A DNA stretch of 63,979 bases, filler included, from an uncultured bacterium (GCA_964506785.1; 5 parts of 5 records of this genome joined end to end with filler, not necessarily neighbours in it); one strand, 5' to 3'; positions 8,864-18,342 are shown, numbered from the whole stretch's first letter. Notes: generated by a model from the letters alone, not told the origin. A program made the numbers and translations.

Positions 8864-10285
8864 TTAGAAATAAGCGAAATTATTAGAGAGCGGTAAATAT
8901 AAATCTATAAAAATAGTCTTTATTAGAAAAAAAACGACTAAACTTAAGATAAGAAACTGGATTAAACGCCTTTCTTTGAAATAATCAAACAGCCAGATAA
9001 TTAAGCGGCTGGCTGTAAGCAGCAAAACCGGAACCGCCGAGATTAGATAACGGCTCTGGAAATTGCCCCAGGAGATAAAAAAAGCAAAAAGAAAAAAGCA
9101 CCAAACAAAAAAAAGCCGGTCCTCATTTTTCCCTTCAGCTAAAAGCAGCCAGCCCAAAAAAGAAAATAAGTATACCCCGGATAATTCCAAAAGCCTCCCA
9201 AAATAAAAATACCAGGGCTGATTTACAAAAGTGCCAATCCGCCATCCGGTCTGAGGAATATGCGTAAAGCTAAAATAAAGAAGGAAATTTTTAACTGCCA
9301 AAAACCCCAGGCCGCCAATTAAAAATACGCTAAGGCTCAACCCTAACCACTTTTTGAAATTGCCTTTTATTTTCAACCCCGCGAATCTATAAGCCGCAGC
9401 CATAAATAAAAAAATTAAAAACACACCTAAGCAAATCAGCTTCCCCACAAATCCAGATAGATACGGCAGATAATCGGACAAGCGGTGAATGCCGATTATG
9501 TTTTTAAAAAGATGCCTCCCCCGATAAACCTGGAAATTCCATAGGAGCCAGGGAAGGGAAACTAAAAAAGGCAAAATTATAAAAGCCCGGAATTCCTTGA
9601 GCTTTAATAAATTCCTTTCCCAAATTAAAGCAAAAGTTGCCAGGCTTAAGAGAGCCAAAACACCCGGGTATTTTGACAAAAATGCCCAGCCAATACTAAG
9701 CCCGGAGAGTAAAAAATAAATTTTGTTTTTTCTCCCCAGGATGAAAAATAAAAGAGCCAGGGTGGTAAAAAATCCCAGGGTTGACTCAATCCAAATCTTT
9801 TCCGAAGATACCCAGTGAATGGGATCCAGAGTAAGAAAAAGTGCCGCCAAAAGCCCGACCCGCCAATCAAACGAATATTTCCCGATAAAAAAAACTAAAA
9901 TAACTGTCAAGCTTCCTGAAATGGCCGGAACTAAAGCGGCGGTTTGAAAAAAATCCTTGGCCGTTTTAAGAGCGGCGGCATTTATCTTGAAAAAGGCGGC
10001 CGTCAAATATGAAAACAAAGGAGGGTGTTTAAAAAGCGGCGCCGACAGGTATTGACAATGATTCATATTTCGACCGCGCTTTACTGCTTCTTGATAAAGT
10101 GGTAAAGCAGTATAGTTGGTAATATTTTTACTCAATTGAAGGCCTAATTGCACAAACAGCCCTTCATCAAAAGTATATCGATGCGGCTGATAAAAACCAT
10201 ATAGTCTTAGAATAAAGGCTGAAAGGGTTAATATCAACAGCAGCAGGTAAACCAATCTAATTTTACCTTTAGCATTCATAGCCAT
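8864..10285 (-). CDS. ArnT/PMT-like (GT-C) membrane glycosyltransferase
   Basis: FDE, KHPPL, LSKYPG and RY motifs; multiple TM helices. Confidence 0.85.
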   Translation of the reverse strand: MAMNAKGKIRLVYLLLLILTLSAFILRLYGFYQPHRYTFDEGLFVQLGLQLSKNITNYTALPLYQEAVKRGRNMNHCQYLSAPLFKHPPLFSYLTAAFFKINAAALKTAKDFFQTAALVPAISGSLTVILVFFIGKYSFDWRVGLLAALFLTLDPIHWVSSEKIWIESTLGFFTTLALLFFILGRKNKIYFLLSGLSIGWAFLSKYPGVLALLSLATFALIWERNLLKLKEFRAFIILPFLVSLPWLLWNFQVYRGRHLFKNIIGIHRLSDYLPYLSGFVGKLICLGVFLIFLFMAAAYRFAGLKIKGNFKKWLGLSLSVFLIGGLGFLAVKNFLLYFSFTHIPQTGWRIGTFVNQPWYFYFGRLLELSGVYLFSFLGWLLLAEGKNEDRLFFVWCFFLFAFFISWGNFQSRYLISAVPVLLLTASRLIIWLFDYFKERRLIQFLILSLVVFFLIKTIFIDLYLPLSNNFAYF

Positions 10286-10419
10286 ATGATATTAAAATAA
10301 CACATTAAAAAAAAGAAATCAATGGCGAATCCTGTTGTTTTTCACCATTTTTTCTGATATATTAAATTATCGGAATGAAGTTTAAGGGTTACGTAACTCG
10401 AATCGTCAATACGTTTTCA

Positions 10420-10500
10420 AATAATTCAAAATTTACAATATACGTTTCCTAAATTACAAACAAATTATTTGTAATTTGGTAGTTGTGGTTTGGAATTTAA
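10420..10500. repeat. Inverted heptamer arms with no cargo gene (TTACAAA/TTTGTAA family)
   Basis: aaattacaaa (10451-10460) pairs with tttgtaattt (10468-10477); degenerate units extend on both sides. Confidence 0.7.
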
Positions 10501-10549
10501 CATATTCCAGCGTGGCCACCGTTGCCGGTTTACTTTTATTTAAAAAGCT

Positions 10550-12325
10550 ATGTCACCTGAATTGCCTAAAGCCTTTATTATAATCGCTCTCTTAGGATTA
10601 GCTCTATACTCCTTTAGTTTGGCTAACAGTTTTCTCTGGGACGATATATCTCTCGTCCAGGAAAACCGTTTTATCAAAAATTTAGATAACTGGCATCTTA
10701 GTTTTAACCGGCTTCTCTTCCATAATGTCCCGGGAAGAAGCAAATTTTATCGTCCCATACAGGAAATCTCATATGCCTTGGATTACCGCCTTTGGGGCTT
10801 AAATCCCTTCGGCTTCCATCTGACTAGTATTTTCGTTCATATATCCTGCGCCTTCCTTCTTTCTGCCGTTCTTTATCAAATTTTCAAAAATTTTTTTATC
10901 AGCTTTTGGGGTGGGGCTTTTTTTGTCGTTCATCCCGTTCATACAGAGGCTGTCGCCTATATTGCCGGCCGGGCCGATCCTCTGGCGTTATTTTTTATTT
11001 TGCTCTCCTTATCCATCTATATTCAGGCAACTAGAAGGAATAAAGCCCTTCTTACGGTCTCTCTATTTTCTTTTCTCTTAGCTTTATTTTCCCGGGAGTC
11101 GAGCTTGGTTTTCCCTTTTGTAATCCTTACCTATAATTTCGTTTTCTTAAAAGAAACATCTTTAAAGGATAAACTCTTTCCTTTCTTTTTATTTATGCTT
11201 ACCGCCGGGATCTATTTATCTGTCCGTTTTAGGTTTGCCGCTTTAGATTCCCTTAAACTTTATCAATGGAATCAACCCTGGCAGATTAGATGCCTTACTC
11301 AATTAGAAGTGGCTTCTCGATATTTATTGCTTCTTCTCTTCCCTCATAAACTCCATATGGAAAGGTTTGTTCCCTGGAGTAAAAGCATTTTAGATTTACC
11401 GATACTCTCCTCTTTACTCTTTATTGGTTTGACTGTCTATTTATGCGTCAAGTTGTCAAAGCAGGAAAAGTCTATAATTTTCTTTTCCCTTTTTTTTATC
11501 ATTACTCTTTTCCCTTTCTTGAACATCATCCCTTTAAACGCCCAGATGGCGGAACACTGGCTTTATCTGCCTTCGATAGGTTTTTTTGCTATCCTGGCCT
11601 GGGGGGCTTTTAGAATTAACGGCTGGCTTATGCGGTTTAATTTGGGCAAAGATGTCCTGCCGTTAATGTTAACCTTTTTTTTACTTGTTTACGCCTCCAT
11701 CACTATAAAACAAATTTACACCTGGAAAGACCCTTTAACGTTTTATACATATACAGCAAGACAGGCTCCCTATTCAAAAAGAATCCGGCTCGGCCTGGCT
11801 CTGGCCTATTTAAAAGAAAAAAGATATGAGGAAGCCGCCAGCCTCTTGACAATAATCGCAAAAACCTCATCGGAAGACCTAAAGGCCCGCAATAACCTGG
11901 CGGTGGCTTTGATTGAGCTGGGCAAATTAAAGGAAGCCCAAAGAAATTTAGAGATAATTTTAAAAATGGACCCTGAATATATAGAAGCTTATCTTACCCT
12001 GGCCAAGCTTTATCTCAAAAAGGACGAAGAAAAAAAAGCTATCGACACCTATTATAAAGCAATAGCGGTCAAGCCTGATTTTATCTATTCTTATTATGAA
12101 TTAGGCAATCTTTATTGTAAAGGAGGGAAGATTAAAAAAGCTAAGGATATTTTTCTTAAAGGCCTTGCTGTTAACGATGAATTCCCGGAATTGCATAATA
12201 ATTTGGGGATATGTTACGCGGAATTAGATAGATTGGATGAAGCGGAAAAAGAATGGGAAAAAGCCTTAAGCTTGGACCCATACTATCAGGAAGCAAAGTA
12301 TAATTTAGAGAAGTTAAAGAAATGA
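10550..12325 (+). CDS. TMTC-like membrane glycosyltransferase with C-terminal TPRs
   Basis: FLWDD, FYRP, HPVHTEAVAYIAGRAD, AEHWLYLPS, then TPR helices (NNLG...Y). Confidence 0.88.
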   Translation: MSPELPKAFIIIALLGLALYSFSLANSFLWDDISLVQENRFIKNLDNWHLSFNRLLFHNVPGRSKFYRPIQEISYALDYRLWGLNPFGFHLTSIFVHISCAFLLSAVLYQIFKNFFISFWGGAFFVVHPVHTEAVAYIAGRADPLALFFILLSLSIYIQATRRNKALLTVSLFSFLLALFSRESSLVFPFVILTYNFVFLKETSLKDKLFPFFLFMLTAGIYLSVRFRFAALDSLKLYQWNQPWQIRCLTQLEVASRYLLLLLFPHKLHMERFVPWSKSILDLPILSSLLFIGLTVYLCVKLSKQEKSIIFFSLFFIITLFPFLNIIPLNAQMAEHWLYLPSIGFFAILAWGAFRINGWLMRFNLGKDVLPLMLTFFLLVYASITIKQIYTWKDPLTFYTYTARQAPYSKRIRLGLALAYLKEKRYEEAASLLTIIAKTSSEDLKARNNLAVALIELGKLKEAQRNLEIILKMDPEYIEAYLTLAKLYLKKDEEKKAIDTYYKAIAVKPDFIYSYYELGNLYCKGGKIKKAKDIFLKGLAVNDEFPELHNNLGICYAELDRLDEAEKEWEKALSLDPYYQEAKYNLEKLKK

Positions 12326-12368
12326 ACCCCGTTAGAGCGCTTCAACCCATCTTGGAGGTGGCTTTTTC

Positions 12369-13523
12369 CTACAAGCCAAGCTCCATTTCATCTTCCTCGC
12401 TAAGCTTTCGATAACGCAGAAAATGGAATATCTTCCTTACTTCTTCGGTACTTATTATTTTTTGTTTAAGCGTAGCTTTAATTTTGGGGTCTTCTAAAAG
12501 TTCCCGCACCAGTTTGTCATCATAATGTAGAACCTGCCGCCAGAGTCCCTCTGGCTCGAGCAGGCGGCGAATTTTCTCCGGATCAAAGCCTTTTTTATTT
12601 CCGGTTACTCTGGTAATGGCAAAGCCTTTTCCAAAGATACGGGAAATATTTCTCTTTTCACAATAAAGTCCTATCAGCCGGACAAGCTCATCCAAACGGC
12701 CCTGCCTCAGATCAATTTGCTTTCGTAAATTGACATATTCTTCGACAATATCCTTTATTTCCAACCTTTCCGTTTCATCTTGAGGCATTTCCTCTTTTTT
12801 ATAAATATCTTTATAGTAAGGGCAATACTGGGGGAAATCGCAGGGACAGAAAGGGTTCTCTTTAGCCGGGAAATGCCCGTCTTTTATTTTTTGAGCGATG
12901 CCGAGAATATATGCCCTGGTAGCTTCGATTTTATCCCGGGATCGGGGTTCAACGCTAAAAGGCGTATGGCTGCGAAAGTGATAAAGCGTAAGTTTACCCA
13001 CTTCTAAATTCAAAACTTGTTCCACGGCTATTTGATAAATCGTTAACTGAAGATCCTCTTTTAAAAATTCTTGAGTAAAAGGCGCCTTATTGCTTTTATA
13101 ATCAATTACTTCAAATTTTCCCGAAGGCAATTTGTCAATACGGTCAATATAGCCTTTAATCTCTAAATCCTCTAAGGGAAAACGGAAAGGGTATTCTACC
13201 GCCAGGGGCGGCTTAAAACTACGCGTTTGATTTTCATAAAATCCGGTGATAATTCTTTTCCCTTCTTGAAAATAGTTCTCTTCTTCTTCTTTATCGGCGT
13301 ATCCATCAGGAATCCATTTCGCTTCGTAAAAACGTAAAACCTTTTCCAGGCTGGGAGGCGGAGGCGTCTTTACCTGAAAGATAAACTGGGCGGCCGCATG
13401 AAGCGTCTTGCCAAAACTAAAATATAACTTTGCCTTCTCTTTTAAACCGTCTATATATATCAATTTATACCGCAAAGGGCACTGGGTATAAGTGCTAATC
13501 GCGGAATAACTCAAATGCCTCAT
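12369..13523 (-). CDS. PD-(D/E)XK nuclease, RecB/AddB/Cas4-like
   Basis: LSYS..CPLRY, FGKTLH, GYIDRID, VIDYKS, QLTIY, CPCDFPQYCP. Confidence 0.88.
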   Translation of the reverse strand: MRHLSYSAISTYTQCPLRYKLIYIDGLKEKAKLYFSFGKTLHAAAQFIFQVKTPPPPSLEKVLRFYEAKWIPDGYADKEEEENYFQEGKRIITGFYENQTRSFKPPLAVEYPFRFPLEDLEIKGYIDRIDKLPSGKFEVIDYKSNKAPFTQEFLKEDLQLTIYQIAVEQVLNLEVGKLTLYHFRSHTPFSVEPRSRDKIEATRAYILGIAQKIKDGHFPAKENPFCPCDFPQYCPYYKDIYKKEEMPQDETERLEIKDIVEEYVNLRKQIDLRQGRLDELVRLIGLYCEKRNISRIFGKGFAITRVTGNKKGFDPEKIRRLLEPEGLWRQVLHYDDKLVRELLEDPKIKATLKQKIISTEEVRKIFHFLRYRKLSEEDEMELGL

Positions 13524-13550
13524 TTATCTCTCCTTAAAAACTTAAACTGG

Positions 13551-13625
13551 TGGTGGACGATGCTGGGCTCGAACCAGCGGCCCCTGCCGTGTGAAGACAG
13601 TGCTCTTCCCCTGAGCTAATCGTCC
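13551..13625 (-). tRNA. tRNA-Val(CAC)
   Basis: GGACGAT acceptor stem, anticodon arm CTGTC-TTCACAC-GGCAG, GGTTCGAGCC, encoded CCA. Confidence 0.95.
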
Positions 13626-13682
13626 AAAGGCCCAAAAATTAGCTCGCCTCATTAGGTCACAGGTTATCGGCGCCTTAGCTTT

Positions 13683-13717
13683 TACCTATCACCTATTACT
13701 TATTATCTGCTACCTAT
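13683..13717. repeat. Heptamer repeat (TACCTAT family)
   Basis: tacctat-cacctat-tacttat-tatctgc-tacctat; same family at 48425-48470 and 50661-50690. Confidence 0.65.
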
Positions 13718-13820
13718 TTTTACAAATCAACAAAAAAAAGAGAGAATAAGTTTCTCTCTCCCAAAATAGCAAATTTTATTTTTCCCCCGGTGAAAAACTA
13801 ACTATCTAAAAAAACGAAAT

Positions 13821-14246
13821 CTATACTTTTCCCGCTTCTTCCAATCGACGGACTTTAGTAATAGCTTTTGGCTTATGCGTTATCTCTTCCGGAGGTAAAT
13901 CAAGCACCCCTCTTTTTATCTCCAAAATAGTGGTTTTTTTCGATTTCAAGCCTTCCTTTAGATAATCAACGGCCCCTTTCATATTTAAGGAATCGCCGCA
14001 GCTAAACAGGTCCACTGCCGCATAATTATATTCCGGCCAGGTATGAATAGAAAAATGAGATTCAGAAATAACTAATATACCGCTTATTCCGTGAGGGCTG
14101 AATTCATGAAAAAAATCTCCGACAACATGCGCCTGGGCAACATCGGCAGCTCGTCGGAGAATATAGCCCACCTTCTCTTTGCTATTTAGGATTTCAGCAT
14201 CGCAGTCAAAAAGTTCCAGTAGTACATGTTCGCCTAAACCTTTCAA
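13821..14246 (-). CDS. speD: S-adenosylmethionine decarboxylase proenzyme (pyruvoyl)
   Basis: LGEHVLLELFDC; ISESHFSIHTWPE autocleavage motif; TTG start with AAGGAGG RBS. Confidence 0.92.
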   Translation of the reverse strand: MKGLGEHVLLELFDCDAEILNSKEKVGYILRRAADVAQAHVVGDFFHEFSPHGISGILVISESHFSIHTWPEYNYAAVDLFSCGDSLNMKGAVDYLKEGLKSKKTTILEIKRGVLDLPPEEITHKPKAITKVRRLEEAGKV

Positions 14247-14347
14247 CCAACTACCTCCTTTTTCACCCCCTAAAATTTCTAGGAATAACTTTCATCTTAT
14301 ATATACACAAATTTTCTTTTTATGTCAAGTATAAAATTTATTTTTTT

Positions 14348-14614
14348 CTATTCAGTACTGAGTTTAGGCAGCATATCCTCTACACACTCAGATAAATATT
14401 CCCACTGCTCCTGATTTTGGATGGTGAATTTTTGCTTTCTGGCCCATTTATTCCCTTTTTTCTGCCAAAGGTAAAAACAAAGTTGTTTCCTGCCCCAGGA
14501 CTCAACCAAAACAATAGCTGACCACCAGCCAAACCCTTTGCTTAAAGTACGAGACTCCAAAACCGTCAGGGGAGCGGTGACTGGTACTTTCTCTTCTTCC
14601 CTTTTCTTAACCAT
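14348..14614 (-). CDS. Small hypothetical protein, possibly PC4/PUR-like
   Basis: Good RBS; Trp/Lys-rich beta-strands followed by one helix. Confidence 0.65.
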   Translation of the reverse strand: MVKKREEEKVPVTAPLTVLESRTLSKGFGWWSAIVLVESWGRKQLCFYLWQKKGNKWARKQKFTIQNQEQWEYLSECVEDMLPKLSTE

Positions 14615-14785
14615 ATCTCTCCCTCCTTTTACCTCTTACATTCACAAAGCGGGATGTACTCCGATAATATAGGCGCCATATACATAGACCCTATATACCA
14701 ATATAGTATATTGCCATCACCCTTATGTCAATAACTTTTTCTAATTTTTTCTGAGCATTCCTAAAGCTAAAAGCGCCTTTTTTGG

Positions 14786-14885
14786 NNNNNNNNNNNNNNN
14801 NNNNNNNNNNNNNNNNNNNNNNNNNNNNNTTAATTAATTAANNNNNNNNNNNNNNNNNNNNNNNNNNNNNNNNNNNNNNNNNNNN
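14786..14885. other. Artificial contig linker
   Basis: N44-TTAATTAATTAA-N44 (stops in all frames). Confidence 0.99.
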
Positions 14886-15007
14886 AGAATATACGGATAA
14901 TTCCCTGACGGACAGCATAAAGGAAATTTGGAAAAAAATAGAAAAAATTTTACATCCGTAATTATATTACTAATGAAAACTACATTTTAAATTTTGGAGG
15001 TGTTAGG

Positions 15008-15364
15008 ATGCCATGGGTTGATATAAATGGTTGTATTGGCTGCGGGATTTGCGTTCGGGAATGTCCGTCAGATGCTATATCGATGGAAGACGAGAAAGCA
15101 AGGATAAATATGGATAAATGTATTCATTGCGGCATTTGCCACAGTATTTGTCCCCAGGAGGCGGTAAAGCACGACAGCGAGAGAATCCCCTCTGATATAA
15201 AGGCCAATGTGGAGATGAGCCAAAGATTCATGGATGCGTGTGCTGCGGCTCTTGGAGAAGAAAAAGAAAAAAAGAAATGTTTAGAAAGAATGAAGAAGCA
15301 TTTTAACACAGAAAAGATTATTGCCGAAAAGACTATAGAAGAGCTTAAAAAATTAAGCTTTTAA
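15008..15364 (+). CDS. 2x[4Fe-4S] ferredoxin with C-terminal helical extension
   Basis: CIGCGICVRECP and CIHCGICHSICP. Confidence 0.93.
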   Translation: MPWVDINGCIGCGICVRECPSDAISMEDEKARINMDKCIHCGICHSICPQEAVKHDSERIPSDIKANVEMSQRFMDACAAALGEEKEKKKCLERMKKHFNTEKIIAEKTIEELKKLSF

Positions 15365-15379
15365 AGCGGCAAACAAAAA

Positions 15380-15877
15380 ATGTCCTCATTCGATTTTTGC
15401 CCTTTGTGCAAAGCCCATCTCCGTCGCAGGCAGATAGACGGCCGAAGGAGACTAATTTGCTCAAGCTGCGGCTGGATACATTATGAAAATCCTTTTCCTG
15501 TGGCCGTTTGTGTCGCCCGGAACAAAAAGGGAGAGATACTCATTACCAGAAGAAACCTTGCTCCCGGTAAAAATAAGTGGGCTTTACCCGGCGGTTTTAT
15601 TGAATCGGGCGAGGACCCGGAAGAAACTTGTCTTAGGGAGTTAAGGGAAGAAACGGGCCTGGACGGAAAAATTGTCGGGCTTATCGGCGTTTATATTCAG
15701 CGGACCGGAAGATACGGAAACCTGCTGATAGTTGGCTATGCGGTGAAAGTATTCGGTGAGGAGATTTCCGTAAATCATGAGCTGAAAGAGGCAAAGTTTG
15801 TTAATCGCAGGCAATTACCCTTCATTCCTTTTTCGACTCACCGGATAATGATTAAGGAGGTATTTAAAAAACTATGA
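15380..15877 (+). CDS. Nudix hydrolase with N-terminal Zn ribbon
   Basis: FCPLC...CSSCG; Nudix box GGFIESGEDPEETCLRELREETGL. Confidence 0.93.
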   Translation: MSSFDFCPLCKAHLRRRQIDGRRRLICSSCGWIHYENPFPVAVCVARNKKGEILITRRNLAPGKNKWALPGGFIESGEDPEETCLRELREETGLDGKIVGLIGVYIQRTGRYGNLLIVGYAVKVFGEEISVNHELKEAKFVNRRQLPFIPFSTHRIMIKEVFKKL

Positions 15878-16455
15878 TTGAATGGATAAAGGGACTGGCG
15901 CATCTAAAAGAGGTAGAAGAGAAAAACAATAATTTTCTGATTTTATTTTTTTATGCTTCTTTTTCTTCTCCAGCCGGGCGGGCTTTAAAAGAGCTTGAGG
16001 ATTTTTCTAAAGAGTACAAAGAACCCCCTGTTTACGCCATTGACGTGGAAAAGGTGAAAGGGATACATAAACAGTTCGGCGTAGAGAGCGTCCCTACGGT
16101 TTTGACCTTTCAGAAGGGTGAAGTTACCAGAAAGATTCTCGGTGTCGAAAGCGCCCGTTTTTACGGGCGTATTATCTCCGGGGCTGCTCCTTCCGGGCTA
16201 AAAAAAAAGGGAGGCAAGGTTTCAAACCGGGTAGTTGTTTACAGCGGCCCGGGCTGTCCGGCTTGTGGAAGCGCCAAGGCTTATCTGCGGCAGCGGGGCA
16301 TTATTTTCAGGGAAGTGGATATATCCCGCGATGAACAGGCTGCCGAGCGGTTAGTCCGTCGCAGCGGCCAGAGGGCGGTGCCTCAAATTGACATTAACGG
16401 CCATTTAGTTGTAGGCTTTGACCAGGCAAAGATAGACAGATTCTTATCGATTTAG
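15874..16455 (+). CDS. Thioredoxin-like/glutaredoxin fusion
   Basis: Trx fold without CxxC (FYASFSSP, SVPT) followed by NrdH/YruB-like Grx (CPAC, VPQI, GFD). Confidence 0.88.
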   Translation: MIEWIKGLAHLKEVEEKNNNFLILFFYASFSSPAGRALKELEDFSKEYKEPPVYAIDVEKVKGIHKQFGVESVPTVLTFQKGEVTRKILGVESARFYGRIISGAAPSGLKKKGGKVSNRVVVYSGPGCPACGSAKAYLRQRGIIFREVDISRDEQAAERLVRRSGQRAVPQIDINGHLVVGFDQAKIDRFLSI

Positions 16456-16506
16456 AAAAAGGTTGATTATTTTAAAGCAGCGCATATTATATAAGGAGGG
16501 ACAAAG

Positions 16507-16791
16507 ATGAAATTAAAACCAATCAACGGACGCATTATCGTAAAGCCCTTTGAGGCCGAAGAGAAGACATCCGGCGGCATATATCTTCCCGATACTGCCA
16601 GAGAAAAACTTAAGGAAGCCCAGGTTATTGCTTCGGCCAAAGATGCCACTGACGAAGTTGCTGTTGGCGACCGTATAATTTACAAAGAATTTTCTGGCAC
16701 CGAGGTAAAGTTTGCCGGGGAAGACTACATTTTACTTACCGAAGAGGACCTTCTGGCAAAGTACGATGAAGCCGATAAAATCCCGGAGTAG
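16507..16791 (+). CDS. groES: Co-chaperonin GroES
   Basis: LKPINGRIIV, EEKTSGGIYLPDTA, VGDRIIY..FSGTEV. Confidence 0.95.
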   Translation: MKLKPINGRIIVKPFEAEEKTSGGIYLPDTAREKLKEAQVIASAKDATDEVAVGDRIIYKEFSGTEVKFAGEDYILLTEEDLLAKYDEADKIPE

Positions 16792-16819
16792 AAATTTATA
16801 GAAAAGGGGAAAAAAGAAA

Positions 16820-17380
16820 ATGGAGAAATCTGTTTGGGAAAAAGGCATTGAATCCAGCCGCCAACAAAAGGATGAGTTTTTTAAAATGCATTTTCAATCG
16901 CCCCTGCCCCCTGAACAACGCCAGGAATTCAAAGGGCTTGACTACTATTCTCCCGATCGGAAATATCGCTTTGAGCTTGAGCTTCATGAACACAAAGTGA
17001 AAGAGAGATTAAAAATAAAAGATACCCAGGGCAATGAGCGGGATTTTTTCAGGTGGGGTGAATTCAGATTCAAGATTGGCGATAAAGATTGTAAGTTGCA
17101 CGCTTACAAAAGTTTACCTGGAGAAGAGCGTTTATTTGTTCCTTTCCGGGATGCATCCAGCGGTAAAGAAACCTATGGAGCCGGCCGATATCTTGATTTT
17201 GAAGTCGGTAAAAGCCAGACCCCTGAAGGGAAATGGATAGTTGATTTTAACGAAGCTTACAATCCCTGGTGTGCCTATAACAAGAATTACGCTTGTCCTT
17301 TTACCCCTCCGGAGAACTGGCTTGAAGTAGAGATGCCTGCCGGAGAAAAGAATTACCCTTTTAAAAGTGAAGGGGCATAA
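16820..17380 (+). CDS. DUF1684 family protein
   Basis: PFRDASSGKETYGAGRYL, DFNEAYNPWCAY...CP..P.EN. Confidence 0.9.
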   Translation: MEKSVWEKGIESSRQQKDEFFKMHFQSPLPPEQRQEFKGLDYYSPDRKYRFELELHEHKVKERLKIKDTQGNERDFFRWGEFRFKIGDKDCKLHAYKSLPGEERLFVPFRDASSGKETYGAGRYLDFEVGKSQTPEGKWIVDFNEAYNPWCAYNKNYACPFTPPENWLEVEMPAGEKNYPFKSEGA

Positions 17381-17403
17381 ATCTATCTGGTTTTTGGATT
17401 ACA

Positions 17404-18123
17404 ATGAAAAAAATAGTTATAAAAGGGATTATAGAGAACTCTCTATTAGATTGGGAAGGAAAGATTGTTTCTACCCTGTATGTTCCCCATTGCGATTTTC
17501 GCTGCCCTTACTGCCAGAATGCCGGGATGGTCCTTAATCCGGATCAATACGAAACTATCCCCTGGCAGACTATTAAGGATTTTCTTCTCAGGCAAAAGGG
17601 CTGGCTCGATGGGATATGTTTAACCGGCGGCGAGCCCTGTCTTTTTGATGATTTACCGGAATTCATCCGGAAAGTCCGCGATTTGGGCTTCATGGTCAAA
17701 CTGGATACGAACGGCTCGTTTCCGGATATGCTTAAAAAAGTAATTGATGCCAACCTGCCGGACTATATTGCCATGGACATAAAAGCGCCTTTGGATTTTT
17801 CTCTTTATTCTAAATCGGCGGGATTTCAAAACGAAGAAATGTTAAAAGCGGTAAAAAAAAGTATCAAGCTGATAATGGAATCGAATATAGACTACGAATT
17901 CAGAACCACTGTGGTACCCACCTTGCATAGCGAAGAAGACATTAAAAGGATAGCTGCCTATATTCAGGGGGCCCCGAAATATGCTTTGCAGAATTTTGCT
18001 CCTGGGGGGGATTTATTAAATCCCAAGTTTAAAGAAATCAAACCTTACACTGAAGAAGAATTAGGCAGGATACAGGAAGCGGTTTCTTCTTACGTGGGCG
18101 AATGTATCGTCAGAGGCGTTTAG
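17404..18123 (+). CDS. Anaerobic ribonucleotide reductase activating radical SAM enzyme (NrdG-like)
   Basis: CDFRCPYCQN, TGGEP, KLDTNGS, AMDIKAP, YEFRTT. Confidence 0.88.
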   Translation: MKKIVIKGIIENSLLDWEGKIVSTLYVPHCDFRCPYCQNAGMVLNPDQYETIPWQTIKDFLLRQKGWLDGICLTGGEPCLFDDLPEFIRKVRDLGFMVKLDTNGSFPDMLKKVIDANLPDYIAMDIKAPLDFSLYSKSAGFQNEEMLKAVKKSIKLIMESNIDYEFRTTVVPTLHSEEDIKRIAAYIQGAPKYALQNFAPGGDLLNPKFKEIKPYTEEELGRIQEAVSSYVGECIVRGV

Positions 18124-18147
18124 CCTTTATTAAAAAAGGAGCTGGAT

Positions 18148-18342
18148 ATGTGTCTTTCCAGGGTTTATTTAAGCAAAGGGGATGAAGAAGACCTTTTGCT
18201 GGAAGAGGTTTCCGGAATCAAGGATGAAAACGGAATTATTAAAGTGGATACGATTTTTGGCGAAGTCAAAAAGGTAAAAGGGCATTTTATCAAAGAGGTT
18301 AATTTTTTGGATAATCGTCTCATACTCGGCAAGAAGACCTGA
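18148..18342 (+). CDS. CooT-like nickel-binding protein
   Basis: 64 aa, N-terminal MCL, LLEEV, IFGE. Confidence 0.8.
   Translation: MCLSRVYLSKGDEEDLLLEEVSGIKDENGIIKVDTIFGEVKKVKGHFIKEVNFLDNRLILGKKT

Noticed and set aside
12369-13523. Cas4-like nuclease as evidence of CRISPR-Cas
   Set aside because: No regularly spaced repeat-spacer array or other cas genes anywhere in the window.
13548-13554. tRNA-Val followed by genomic CCACCA
   Set aside because: One extra triplet is easily chance and would be trimmed in 3' processing.
14676-14712. NrdR-box-like AT-rich motif upstream of the 88-aa ORF
   Set aside because: Spacing does not fit the 16-bp palindromic consensus and no nrd gene follows.
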